A stretch of 63,978 nt of DNA, counting the filler, from Collodictyon triciliatum (taxonomy: Eukaryota): the NCBI GenBank assembly GCA_043381765.1. It is 7 parts of 7 records of this genome, joined end to end, with 100 filler letters (N's around TTAATTAATTAA, not from the genome) between each part and the next. Parts side by side here need not be neighbours in the genome. Positions count along the whole stretch, not along the records: positions 1 to 6,271 come from JBHJMP010001824.1; positions 6,372 to 14,491 come from JBHJMP010001825.1; 5 more parts are not named here. One strand, 5' to 3'. This document shows positions 1 through 13,400 of the stretch, one piece after another (positions within the stretch are counted from its first letter, which is position 1; each line of letters opens with the position of its first letter). Under the pieces are notes generated by a model. It was not told the DNA's origin and searched no databases. It worked only from the letters and a program-made list of their open reading frames with translations. A program made the translations under genes and the position numbers.

Positions 1-108
1 ACATACATACATACATACATACATACATACATACATACATACATACATACATACATACATACATACATACATACATACATACATACATACATACATACAT
101 ACATACAT
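1..108. repeat. (ACAT)n microsatellite
   Basis: Perfect tetranucleotide run; probably intronic in the DENN gene. Confidence 0.98.
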
Positions 109-189
109 GTTTAAACACATTTGGCTCCTAAAGGAAATGCTTCTTTTCATTTGACAACCCCACTGTGCTAAAATCTGTGCGTTGACTAG

Positions 190-1621
190 TCCAAATCGTT
201 CCGCAAGAAGGGAGTGGTAAGTGAACAATGGCATAAAGGGGTAGAGATTTCAGTCGCCGAAGAGCCAACTGAAACGCCAATGAAGAATGCTGAGGAGGAC
301 TATATGAAGGAGATTATGGATGTGCTAGACAAACTCCGGACATCGCCCGCTGCTGCATCCTCATTAACCAGCAAAATCGAGTTTTCGACAGAGGATAAGC
401 TGATTCGGTCCGAATTTACGGTCCCAGAAACCGCTGATGTTGAGTGTAATCTCCTCATCCGCTGGTCAGCACAGACCCTCTTTTCAAAGATGAAGCCTAA
501 GGTGGTTGTAAAGATGATTTCAAACATCCTTTTAGAGCGTCCCATCATCATCGTCTGTCCAGATTTGAGGGAACTATCTTGTATCATGTGAGTGTTTGCC
601 ATACATGGGGGTTTTTTTTTTCCAACGCACATATGCCGCCGCATCGCTCATACATTTTTTTTCTTAAATAAAAAATTATGTGGTTGACAGGTTGTCCATT
701 ATCCCACTCCTGCGGCCATTTTACTTTCAGCTGCCCTTCATTCCAATCCTACCGGCCCAGCTGCAGTCCATTCTGGAGGCCCCTGTGCCGTTCCTTGTGG
801 GTGTGTCGGAGCTGAAACCAGAGACCAGGCAGACCGTCCAAAAGTCTGGTGTTGTGATTGTGGATACAACTATCGGCCGTGTCATCCTGCCAAACAAAGT
901 GACTAAATACAAAATTCCTCAGAACGATATCCTGTGAGTATGATTGTATTCTCATATATACACAACTCATTCTCCCTGTGAATTCATCTGCAACAGTCAT
1001 TAAGATATCCCCGAAGAGAGAAACCTTTCGCATGATTTCTACACCTTTCAAAAAAAAAAAAAAAGCCCAGTATATATTTGTTCATCTGATTTGTTGCATT
1101 TTTCCTTAGTCTGTGTGTTGCATTTTTAGTTTTTGGTTTTAGGGGGGAATGACAAAAGTATTAACATGTATGATGAATGTGTATGTGTTTCTTCTCTTGC
1201 CCTTCTGTGGCGCACCAGGGTCGAGAGACTCAAGCCTGTTCTGGATGGCATGCAGGCGCCCAAAGTGCGGTCGGACAAGCGGCTGATGGACCACTACTCG
1301 GACAACATCGCCCGCATCTTCACGACGCACTACGAAGCGCTCTTCAGCCGAATCACATCGTACTCCATCACAAACACCAGCGACCGACTTCATCCTGTCG
1401 CAGTCTTTCTCAAGGACACGTTTCTGGACGAGATGGTCAGCACGAAGGAGCGGGGCTTCATGAAGCACTTTCTCGAGACGCAGCAGTTCAATGAGTACTG
1501 CGACCGCATTTTACAGCAGACGGTGCAGAAGCCGCGTGATGTTGTTGCGGAGGAACAGAACGCGGGTGCAAAAGCAGCGGTCCAGGTGGTGGATGTCTTG
1601 GACAAGGACGAGTCGGGCTGA
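190..1621 (+). CDS. DENN-domain protein (Rab GEF family), 3' part; exons ~190-587, 691-933, 1219-1621
   Basis: GT-AG introns 588-690 and 934-1218 join in frame. Motifs ILLERPIIIVC, PLLRPFYFQLPFIPILP..ILEAPVPFLVGV (cDENN) and FMKHFLETQQFNEY (dDENN). The 5' end lies outside the window or is uncertain. Confidence 0.85.
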
Positions 1622-2175
1622 TGACGGGGAATCTGTCGGAGCGAGTTGGCAGCCCCTCACCCTATCTGTCTCCCTTTTCCTTTTCCTTTTTTCTATTTTG
1701 GCCACTCATCTCTTTTCTCTATTTTTTTTTTTAATGATTTCTTGATACTTCATGTTGCCCGCTTAATTGATCGATAGATTGATGAATCGAATAAACGGAT
1801 GGGATGGGACATAAGTGCGGTGGGAAGAGATGCATTATTCATGTGTTTTGTGGAGGTGCGTGCGGTTTGGTTGCACACAGTTGCAAACTGGATGATGTGC
1901 GGTTGTTGGTGCTGATGATGAATCGCCCTATCCTGTTTAATATTAACCATTCCTTAACGAAATATGCATAGTCGCAGGTTTTTGTTGCCCTCCCTTCTCG
2001 GTATTTCTTATGCTAAAGACTGGATGCAAGGTTTTTTTTTTTTGTTTGTGTCTTTCTTGGTCTTGGGTATAAATACTTGCCACGTTCAGACAGTTTGGAG
2101 AACAGGGAGAAGAAAGAGAAAGCGAGAGAAACTGCGGAGATGATATAGAAAGGCCAGCGTTACAGGATTGAGCCT

Positions 2176-3538
2176 TCACTGTCCCGCGCCTGCCTGGAGA
2201 GTGATTGACTTATCAAACTGCTGCAAAGTGCTGTATATAGCATGGAAACCGCGTGTGATGTCGGAGCGAGTCTTTGCGCCGGTGAGGACAATCTTGCCAG
2301 AGACAAAGATCAGCAGGACAATCTTTGGCTCTTGCATGCGGTAGATCAGGCCTGGAAAGAGCTCGGGTTCGTAGCTGCAGTATGAATGATGTACATGGGC
2401 AAGCCCTTCCAGACGGATAGGGAAGCTCACGTCGCAGCTTCCGACGATGTTCTGAATCTTAAAGTCGAGAAACCGCGCCTCGAAGCCAATCTTTTGTACA
2501 ATGCGGGCATACTTTTTCGCGGCCAGCTTCGAGTCCTCCTCACTCTTGGCACCTGTGCAGACCATCTTGCCAGAACTGAAGATCAGAGCCGTTGTTTTCG
2601 GCTCGCGGATACGCATAATCACAGCAGCGAATCTATTTGCGAGAAACCTCTTGTTAGGCCGTTGTAATTCGATCCTTTCATTTGCCACGGAGAAATAGTC
2701 TGTGACACTATGGCCTCGGTATTGTGCAAGGTGCATATGAGACAACCATGCTGTCCATTTAATTCCGGCAACAGCATTTGCCAGAGGGAGGATATATAGA
2801 AGGGTAGGACAAGCATGGACAGAATGAAGATAAGGGAATATTTACAAAAAAAAAATAAAAATCCGAATATATGCGAAAATAACAGAGAAATGAACAAATA
2901 TACAGAAATACGCAATAATGCAAACACAGACATATGTAGAAATAACTAGTTATAAGCAGATATAAGCAGACATATATAGATATAAGCAGATGTACTCAGA
3001 TATGAGCAGTAAAGATATTGCTTGCAAGGAAAAGAGAAGGCAAGGAAAACCTCTTGGGATTGTACTCTGCATTTCGTGCATGGAGAGCAATTGTCTTGAG
3101 ATCCAGCTTGCAGCCGAGGTTGACCGTGGACACGACGTTCTGGAGAGTCGGCTCGATGAGCGGGACGTGTGTATTCTCCTCGGAGCGGGAAGGATCACGC
3201 TCGGTCATCATGTCGACCTGGTAGGGTCGCGGCAGCCCTTGCGATGCAGCAAGCATTCCAGACCCTGTATTTGCATGCTGGCCGGCAAAGCCATAGCCGG
3301 GCGCAAGAGAGCCGTACGGCTGCGGAGGCATCTGAGAGCCAGGGCGGCTGAGGCCGAAGGACGAGCCCAGAGACAGGTTGGAGCTGCTTTGCAAGCCCGA
3401 CGAGGCGCCTGTCATGCTGATCTGACTCAGCTGACTCAGCTGGCTCATGTGCCCCATGTGGCTGGCCTGGCTGAGTGGAGCCACGGGGTTCATTTGCGAC
3501 GGGGGCGCGTAGAAGGTGTTGCGTGTGGGGTGGGACAT
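2176..3538 (-). CDS. TBP: TATA-box binding protein; exons 3538-3051 and 2632-2176
   Basis: The spliced product reads [61 protein letters not shown]...[13 protein letters not shown]...[14 protein letters not shown]. All four DNA-intercalating Phe are present. It has an S/Q/G/P-rich N-terminal extension. Confidence 0.97.
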
Positions 3539-5506
3539 TTCGGCGCCTTGTTTTCTTTTTCTTGTTTCTTTTTCTTTTAGGAACTGTGCTATCCTGTGGT
3601 GTGGTGTGGGGTTTGGAGTTTTCATTTTAGCCTTTTGCTGCCGTGCTCTTGATTATTATAAGTTTTTTTTAAAAAAAAAAAAAAAAAGGAAAAAGGGAGG
3701 CAGAAAAGAGGCTTTGATCGATCGGAGCGGTTTGAAGCGGGAATGTTTGGACTGGTTGGGCATATAGAGGAGGGCCATTACGTGTGGTTGAATCGTGGAC
3801 GAGTCGAGAGTGCGATCGGCAGAATCGATCAGGCAGGCAGGAGGGTGGTCACGGAAGATCGTCAGGCGTTGTTGCAGGGTTTGATCGGACACACAGGCAA
3901 AGGCCGCAGATTGATCGCATGGCAGAGAGCAGAAGAGGCGGGTGGATGCGTTTTGTGGTTGGGAAGTGGGTTTGGTGGTTGCGAAGATTGTTGAGTACTG
4001 AGCTTAAAGCGGGTGGGAGGCTGATATAGCGCTTGCTTGCTTATATTCGTTGCTGCTGTATATATATCTCTCTGTCTGGGTTTGTGTGTGTGTGTGTCTG
4101 GATTGGCTGCTAAGGTGTTTTGTGATGTCTGGCGTGTTCGCGAGTTCCGTCAGCTGTGCCAAGATTTCGTGGAAGGGAGGATGTGGTGGAATATTCCAGG
4201 AACACGGGCGATTGTGGAAGATGGTGAGGGTAGGGCGTATATATGGTGTCTGAAAGTGAACTGATATGGATTTCCGCTATATATACTGTTGCAGGCGAAA
4301 TATAGTTTTGACGCATGTGGGTGGGAAAGTTGATGCGCAACGGATGTAAATTTGCCTTATGCTATTGTTTCTACTGCTCTGGCTATGCAACTTATATATT
4401 TGTTACATGCACATACACATTGTTTCATTATGTATATTACATGAAATACAGAAGTATAATAAATGTAGTATATCTTATGTACAGTAAATTCCAGATATGC
4501 AATATAAAGAAGACACTTTTTTTTTTAATTCTCTTGCTCTTCAATCGCTGAAGATTTGGATGCAGGGCAAAGCGCTACGCCAGGGTGTGGGTAAATGTTC
4601 ATGTGCGAAGCAAGAACGTATAGCAATACCAGATGCAGGATCTGGTTCTGGTGAATATCGTGTTTGACAGGCGTGGAGGGAAATGAGGCCGAATTATGGG
4701 CTGCAATTCCTGAGACCCAGCCTCCAATTGTTAACATGCCCAAGAGGAGCGCGTTCCGCTAGAATACTCACCTAGGGCAGGGCTTGCAGAAAAAATGCGT
4801 TGTTCAGTCCAGGGTTTCCAATCTCACGGAAAGATTTTGACAAAAAACATATCCGCCCAGAGCCCCGAGGCCGCGGTCGCTGCGTAACATCGCCCAAACA
4901 CAATATCTGGTATGGTATATGATTATTGATAGCAACTATGGTATGAAACAATTACTTGATATGGTACAATTACTTCCAAATGTGGCGTATTTGTGGCACA
5001 ATCTAATTACCAGAAACGAATTATTGACGAATCCGAGGTATAAGTAGCAGAACGGAGGCAGAGATCCATTTTATATTTAATTGGAAAAATTAGATTTTAA
5101 ATATAAAGAAGGACAACCAACTCACGCTTAGGTGGATCGAGAATGGGGCGGAATCGAGCCGAGGCGCTTTGTTTTGCGCATAACTGCAAAGTGTAGCGAG
5201 TCTTACAAACATACAAGCCGAGTGGCTCAAGGATGGGGAAGAGACTGGAGCGTGAGAAACCACTGGAGGGACAACACCGAGAGAGAAAGAGCAGCTGTCG
5301 ACAATCTGTGGGCAGAGTTTGCCGTAGAGCAGTCACCCGCTTCCCCCAGGCGCTGGCCTTGTCCGATGCCATATATTTCTTCTTTCTTTTATTTTTCCCC
5401 TCTTATTTCTCGCCTTTATCATATTCACAGGCTCAATGACAAATATTTCTTTCTTTCTTTCTTTCTTTCCCTTTCATTCTGTTCATAGGCCGAATACCTA
5501 GCGCAG

Positions 5507-6950
5507 ATGGCCCAGGAACACACTCATCGATATATAGCAGTATTACTGCTACTTGCAGCTGTGGTGGTTGTGTCCTTTCTGGTTTATGACAGGCAAACTG
5601 TCCTGGGCCCAACCGATGCCATAGCAAAGCACGATGAGTTTTCACATACTGGTGTTGACAAGGGGATCAAAAACGCAGAGTCCAGACACATTGCATATAT
5701 GGGAGATGATTTGGGAGACAGAAAATCGGATTACAATAAAGCTCTACGCAAAAACAAAGCAGTTGTCCTATCCGTTTGCAACGCTCCCAGGCTCCGGTTC
5801 TGTGACTTTATCAAATCAGCTCGTTCATACGGAGCTATGGTTCATTTATTAGATTACAAAGCGCAATGGGTCAGCAATAGAAATAAGATATTTGTTATGC
5901 GTGATGCAGTCCAGAAGTACTCAAACGACACTGTGATTGTTTTTGCAGACTGCTTGGATGTCATCTTCAACGATGAGTTTTCTTCTATTGTCAACAAATT
6001 CAAAGAGAAAAAAACAAACATTATTATGCCACTAGAATATATATGTTGGCCAAACGATATTGCATTTCAGTTCGTTCCCGATAATGTGCCGGCTGCACGA
6101 AGATGTTCCAGTGCATACGACGTTAAGAAATCTCATAATAAATGCTTCAAAAACGGGTAAGTGTTGTTTTATCACAAAGAAATTTTATTTTGGTTTAAAC
6201 ACACACACACACACACAAAAAAAAAAAAAAAAACTAACACAAAAATAAAAAAAACAAAAAATAACAACGGANNNNNNNNNNNNNNNNNNNNNNNNNNNNN
6301 NNNNNNNNNNNNNNNTTAATTAATTAANNNNNNNNNNNNNNNNNNNNNNNNNNNNNNNNNNNNNNNNNNNNAATTTTATTTTGGTTTAAAAACACACACA
6401 AAAAAAAAAAAAAAAAAAAAAACTAGACGAAGAGGAAAGAAGACATATGATTGCATGGGATAAAGTCGCAATCCCATCGAATTTTAAACAAACAAATCTC
6501 ATTCCCCATAGACCTCGATATATCAACTCAGGAACCTACATCGGATACGCCTGGGTGCTAAAGGAGTTTCTCGGCGCAATGTGCAACGAAATAATAACGA
6601 TGAATCACAAGGGAGTCGACGACCAAAAATACTTTCACGAGCTTTTCTTACACAACAAGCTCGATGTTTACTTGGACCACTGTGTTGAGTTTACGATGAT
6701 AATGCTAACGGTAGAACAAGCGTGTCGCCCTAATTGCCCTTGGGTCCGGAGAAACTATGATTATCTGGAGTACATACCAACCGGCTCAAGACCAGGTTTG
6801 GTGCACTTTGTTTACCACACTAAATTCACCATCTACAACAAGTACGTCAACAGCACGATGATTGTCAAAAAACCTCAACAAGTCTACAATGTGCCAATGT
6901 TATGGACAAACAACGAGCCAAAAGAAGTACATGAATTGTGCCCTTCATGA
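5507..6950 (+). CDS. Type II membrane glycosyltransferase, PLOD/procollagen galactosyltransferase-like GT-A domain; exons 5507-6156 and ~6440-6950
   Basis: N-terminal signal-anchor (IAVLLLLAAVVVVSFLV), VIVFADCLDVIF (DxxD), EYICWP, YINSGTYIGYA and DDQKYF motifs. GTAAGT donor at 6157; the intron spans an assembly gap and the acceptor is uncertain. Confidence 0.75.
6272..6371. other. Assembly spacer N-run / TTAATTAATTAA / N-run (also at 14492, 25379, 39865, 54343, 62351); sized gaps at 23106-24083 and 45109-45871
   Basis: The same 100-nt spacer with six-frame stops recurs; it is an artificial contig joint. Confidence 0.95.
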
Positions 6951-7070
6951 TATAAACTAAAAGCTTGAACCACAATCCTTCTTTTGACGAAATAATTTTT
7001 TCCCTCTCAATCTAAGTTATCGTTCAAGTGTGACCGAATGAATGTCATCACCTGCTGCATTATATTATAT

Positions 7071-7225
7071 AAGAAAAAAGAAAAAAGAAAAAAGAAAAAA
7101 GAAAAAAGAAAAAAGAAAAAAGAAAAAAGAAAAAAGAAAAAAGAAAAAAGAAAAAAGAAAAAGAAAAAAAAGAAAAAGAAAAAAGAAAAGACGGAAACAG
7201 AAACAGAAAAAGAAAAAAAAAGAAA
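7071..7225. repeat. A-rich (GAAAAAA)n low-complexity tract
   Basis: Direct reading. Similar tracts occur at 31454-31550 (opposite strand) and 50390-50762. Confidence 0.9.
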
Positions 7226-7477
7226 AATCGGAAACTTAACATTGAAGTAACACTTTACATAAACCAATCCCCATTACATTCAAAAGATTTTCGTTTCGAA
7301 GTACGGTTGGAATGTTTCATATTTATGTTTTTTTTTTGTTTTGTTTTGTTGATGGAGTGTTCTGGGAAAAAAGCGGTGTGACCATCTCGAAAAAACCCAG
7401 AGAACCTATATTCAATATGATTTTTGTTTACACATTTATTTACTTAATCATGGAAGGGTTAACTATACTCTACCTCA

Positions 7478-10400
7478 TCAAGTCGTTGCTTTCTGTCTCC
7501 ACTCCATACCTTTCTCGGTGTCCTGTTCAACACCCCACCCACTCTCATAGCATTCAGCAACCAAAGAAAACGCCTGAGGATATTTGTATTTATCGCCAAT
7601 CCTTTCTCCCCACTTGCCCAAAACATTCTCTTTCTTTTCAGCCATTTCTTTCAAAACAGTGAATGCCTCTTTTGAACCTTTCTGCGTGAGCAGCTGCAGT
7701 TTTTCGAAGTTTTCGGCCTTTCCAAACCATTCGATACCTTTCTCAGCGTCTCTTTCGACGACCCATCCATCTTCGTAACATTCAGCCATCATTTGAGCCT
7801 GAAACCTGGAGAATTTGCCCCGGGCGCAATGGGCAACAAAGTCCGCATCATAAGATACCGCACCAATTGAAAGCAAGAGGGATTTGTTGAATAAGCTCAA
7901 ACCTGACGCATTTCTTAGTTCAATATCCCCTCCTTCCAACTTCCTTGGGCCAATAATCCGAACTGTTTTTGCATCATAGATTCTGTTGGTATCAATCAAG
8001 TTCATTGTACCACTTGGTCTGCTGAATAATTCAAAGTTTTCATCCGTGGCTTCATTCATAGGGAGGAATTTTACTGGGGTGTATGTTACTTCCGGTTCTT
8101 TGAAGCTGGGGGTTTGGTTACCTGTGGCTATATCCCACATATGTATTTTGTTATCTTCACCCCCAGAGGCCAGCAAGATTTCATCATTTGGTCCTTGAAT
8201 AATGCAAACAATTTTGGTTGCTTTCTTATGACCCTCGTATGTTTTTATTTGGTATCCATAGGTTACGTCCCAAAGACGTATCGTACCATCTTCACTTCCA
8301 GATACCAACATCTTTTCGCCATTCGGCCCTTGAATACTGCAAACACTGTTCACAGAGCTGGTGTGTCCTTCTAACCTTTCTATTTGATTTCCTGCAGCTA
8401 CATCCCAAACAAGTATTGTTTTATCATCACTTCCAGAGGCCAATAGAAATTCACCATTTCGCCCCTGGGTGCTGCAAATACTTAAAACATAGCCTGTATG
8501 TCCTTCAAGTGTTTTGATTTGCTTTCCTGTGGCTACATCCCAAATCCGTATCGATTTATCATTGCTTCCGGATGCCAGCCACTCTTCACCATTCGGTCCT
8601 TTTATACTGCAAACACATACAACCCAGGCTCTATGACCGTCTAATTTTCTTATCATACTTCCTGTGGATACATACCAAATACATATTGTTCTATCATCTC
8701 CCCCAGATGCCAATAAGGTTTTACTGTTCGGTCCTTGAATGCTGCAAACACTATTTATAGATGCTGTATGTCCTTCTAATGCTTTGATTTGGTTCCCTCC
8801 TGCAAAGTCCCAAATACGAATGGTTTCATCTTCACTTCCAGAGGCCAACCAATTTTCACCATTTGGTCCTTGAACACTACAGACACAATTGATATATCCT
8901 TTATGGCCCTCTAGTGTTTTGATTTGGTGTCTAGAGCTTACGTCCCAAAGTCTTAATTTTTCATCCAAACTTCCAGAGGCCAACCAGTTTTCACCATTCG
9001 GTCCTTGAACACTGCAAACACACTTGGTGTGAATTGTATTCCCCTCTATTTTATCATGAGGAATTCCAAATTTTACATTCTTCATATTTGCATTATCAAA
9101 AATACAATCACCAAGCATCGAATTTGTAAAGTCAACCCCACTCAAGTTGGCACCAGTGAAGTTTGCACCGTCAAGCATTGAATTACTAAGATTTGCACAC
9201 GGAATTTTGATTTTTGATAAGTCCATATGACCAAACGAAACATTCATAAAATTCAAAAGTGTAATTGCATCAGATGCAGCATTTGATTTAGTTTCATCGG
9301 CTCTTGACATAAAGACGATTCTGAATAATGATGTAATTATTTGCTCACGGTTCCATTCCTCATCCATTGTTGTGTCATCAAGAGTTTCCTTGATAAATTC
9401 CTTGACTCTTGTAAACTCGACAGGCTCTCGGTTGATTCCGATGTCTTTTGAATGAGTGGACAAGTATTCGCATGAGTTTAATGTTCTGGGGTGAAACCAT
9501 CCAACTTTTATTGAGAATATATCCCTCATTTCAGTCCAAAATTCGACAGCGTCATAATGCTGTTTTAATTCGGTATATTTTATCGCAATTGATTCACAGC
9601 TAGTCCATATTCCAATATAGTCCATGGTGTGTATTTCACTGAATAAATGAATCAATGATCTATACAGTTGAATGGCTGCTTCATGCTCTTTCTTTTTCTC
9701 CATTAGGCTTGCTATTTTTACACATAAAGAACCATCTTTCAACGCCATAGTGGTCTTTGTTTCCTTCCTGATAGTAGCTGCCTTCTGGAAATACTCAACG
9801 ACTTGGTCTAATCTGAATGCATCGAGTTATTCAAAAAAAAATTGATATAAAAGCACTTGCATGAAGATGGCTTAGTTTTTTTTTAAATTGAACAGGTCTG
9901 TTACCTTTGAAGTTCAAAGTTTTTTCTCCCAGCAGCTTCAAGATAATTTGCATTATCAACATGTGAAAACTTGAAGCTTCTCAAATTAATGTCGAAATTT
10001 TCAACACTTTTGATGCAATCCAGAATAAAAATATTTGCCAGACTTGTTCTCTCATGGTTCCATCCAAGTTTTTCATGAAACCTATCTCTAATTTCAGCCC
10101 AGAATTTGGCGGCATTTTCGAGCAGTCTATTTTCCTTGCAATATTTATTTGCATTTTCACAAGCTGTCCAGCAGTGCCAATTTTCAAAGGACGATTTTTC
10201 ACCATGTCTGACAGCAAAAGTTTTGCAAAGTTGAATGACTGCTTCATGCTCTTTTTTCTTCTTTACGAATATTATGATTTTCTCTATCTGTTGTATATCA
10301 TTCAAGGACATGACAGTTTTTGTCTCTTTTCTTATATAAGCTGCCCTCTGAAAGAATTCCACGACTTGGTCTAATCTTAATTCAAAAATTATGAAGAGGA

Positions 10401-13400
10401 ATATTAACTGAAATATGTAATTAAATGCCTCAATAATTGGTTTTTAACTAGAATCTTTACCTTTGAAGCTCAAAATTTGTTCTCCCAATATTTTCAAGGG
10501 AAGTTGCATAGTCAACATGGTTTTCACCTGATGTTCTCTCACGAATGTTCAGAGTCTTTGTGTAAGCCTCCAAAGCATCCTTAAAGCTAAATTTATTGTT
10601 CCGCTTTTACAATTTATTCAGGAAGTATATTCAAGTTGTCAAATTTACATGTATTTTTTTATTTTTACTTTTTCAAATCATGACTATTGTCTCCAATAAT
10701 TTCCAAGCAGGACACAACATTGGGGTGATTTTCTCCAAGAGAAAATATGAAAATATCCAGAGATTGATTTAATGAGTGCAGAGCCTCAGTTTTCCTACAT
10801 TAATATGATTTAATTGAATGCAATTTACGATGATTTTTTTATTCTTCCTTTAAATTTTGTCATACAATTTACGATGGTATAAAAATAATTAAATAGAACT
10901 ATTTTTACCTCCCACTGGCGAGGTAATTGTTTGCAATAAACTGAATTGTCAAAGCAACTGATGCATGCTTGAATCCAAGAGATTTTTGAAAAATTGATTT
11001 TGCTTTTTCGTAGCTCTCGGTGGATTCTTTGTACCTTGATTATACAGCCAACTTATAATCTTCACATAAAAACAAGGGGTCCAATATACAATAAATATGA
11101 ATGAAAAAGCAATTCATAAAAATAAATTTCAGAGATATCTGTTACTTTTTTTCGGCCAAAAACACATGCCCATAGTTCTGATATGATGACGCGACAACAG
11201 GGTGCTCATTTCCGACTTTCTTTTGGCGAATCTCCATAGACTTCGTGTATTCTGCTAGAGCAAGCTCAATCCTTTGGCAAAGATGTTCATTAGATGTACA
11301 TTTTTATATCTTGTTGACTAATTTAACACAATAAATGATCGAATAAATAAAAAAAATCATGTAAATATAGAAAATGAACAACTTTGATTGATTCAGATGG
11401 ACATCCCCGAAGCGGTCGTAAGATTGAGCCACTTGCAAGTCATTCTCTCCCACATTTTTGAGTCTCAATTCAAGTGATTTTTTATATTCCTGTAGAGCCT
11501 CATCAACCCTTTATATTTATGTTAGCCAAACACGTCAATTAATATTTTAATAGGTTATAAAGCATTTGAACGTGTATATTAACCCCACTTATCCTGCTAT
11601 TGGTAGATAAATCCCATTTCTTCATAAATCGTGGCTATTTGCAGAGCATTATCTTTACATTTCTCCATTGAATCAAGACATTTCTTGTAGTAAATCATGG
11701 ATTCAACCCAGCTATACGTTTTTTTTAAAAATAATTAAAACGGTTTCGGATTCATACGTTTATAATTTTTATTATAAATAATCATATACTTTTGTAGGTT
11801 CTGATAGACACGGCCAAGATAGTGGTAATCGGCAGCCTTCGATTCTTTGAATTCAACGTAATCAGTTATTATTAAAATCTAACTTTTTATCTAAATTTTA
11901 CAATCTCTCAAAAATGACGTATCGAATACCTTCTGTTTGATGCTTTGCAATACGAACATTAAGAATAGATAGAAGATACTGGTTTTCGAATGACTCCAGA
12001 AAAAATTCAACAAGTAATTCACCGAAATCATCCAGAGACTGAAGAAAAAAAATCATAATTCATGAACTCGTTATTCAATAAAAATGCATATAAATACCCT
12101 TGGATATTGATACATGATTTACATTAAATTTAAGGACCTTAGAAAGATTTCCGTAAACATCCTTGTAGTTCGATGTTCCACTTGCATGAATTGCTCTCCA
12201 GCATGTAAAGAATTCGTAGCGATAGCGACCACTGAGCATAGTCCTGATGACCTTTAATAAAATTATAACCCATAAGCAGACAAGAAAATACGACCAAAGA
12301 AGTAAAATACCAAAAATTCTACTCAAAATCATTTACATGCTTTTGCTTCAAATATTCGAGAAGCAAGTCAAAGGAATTTCCCTTCATAAGTTGGTAGCAT
12401 ATTTCAGCAGCAAGTTCCTCATCCACATCAATGTTATCTAAATATTGAGCAAAGAGCCATTTTCCAAATCTTTCTCGTGTTTTCTCCATTTCTTGGCTTT
12501 CAGAAAAGAAGACCTTTTCACTGGTCTCCAAAAGGAGCTGGTGAAAGTACATGTATCTATTGAATTCAAATCCGGATTTTATTCCAAATAAATCCGCATA
12601 AAAGCACATATTTTAATACAAAAAAGTTGAATAAGCCCAACCTTCCATTTCGAACGAACAGTGAATCTATGAGCGTGAAGAAGAAAGATTTCCTATAAAA
12701 AATATAAAAGTCAATCCAATAGAAGTTCATAGCTGCAAATTTAGTAGAAATAAAGCCTGTAGATGGCTTTTTTTAGTAAGAACAAACCATTTGGCTAGCT
12801 CGAAACCCGTGCCAGTCATGTCTTTCATGTAATTATCCAAATCTCCTTCGCTCAAACCAATTCGAGAAACAAAAAGAACTTTCATCGAAGTTGCGACATA
12901 TTCTACGCCTAATTACAATCATTTTAAGGCTCCATGAACCATCTAATTTATTTCAAGCGATTGACACAAATTAAAAAGAAAAACAATTTTTCTTTGGGAA
13001 ATAGTCTAAAGGACAAACCTTTACTATCAAACTTTCCTTGCCAGCGTTGGATAATGAGGGTGTAAAGCTCAATAACTCCATCTGTCGAAAGCAGTGAGTA
13101 TAATTCATCATCGAGTTTCTCATATACACCGAAAACCTTAATCTCCTCCAGAATGATACGGAGATAAAGTGGGTGACCTGAGTTTATTTTAAAAGGAAGT
13201 ATCTTACAATATTATCGACAAAACAGATTACCATTAAATCTATTTCTCGTAATAAAAATATATGACTCACCAGTATCTTCCAAATCACCCAGAATCATTC
13301 CAACTTGCTTCTCGTTCAGAGTTTTGTCATAGCGAATGAGAAATAATTCGACACCATCCTTAACTTCACTTTCTGTCAACTTTGTGAGAGGAATGGGCTC

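Noticed and set aside
2633-2745. N-terminal part of the 2176-2745 ORF as a TBP insertion or half-TBP
   Set aside because: It is intron 2633-3050; splicing restores canonical NPKR|FAAV.
6272-6371. Recurring palindromic TTAATTAATTAA inside N runs (6 copies)
   Set aside because: Artificial six-frame-stop contig spacer, not a biological motif or piggyBac target site.
6181-6426. Direct repeat flanking the gap (aattttattttggtttaaa-acacac-polyA)
   Set aside because: Most likely the two contig ends overlap in a homopolymer region, so an assembly artefact.
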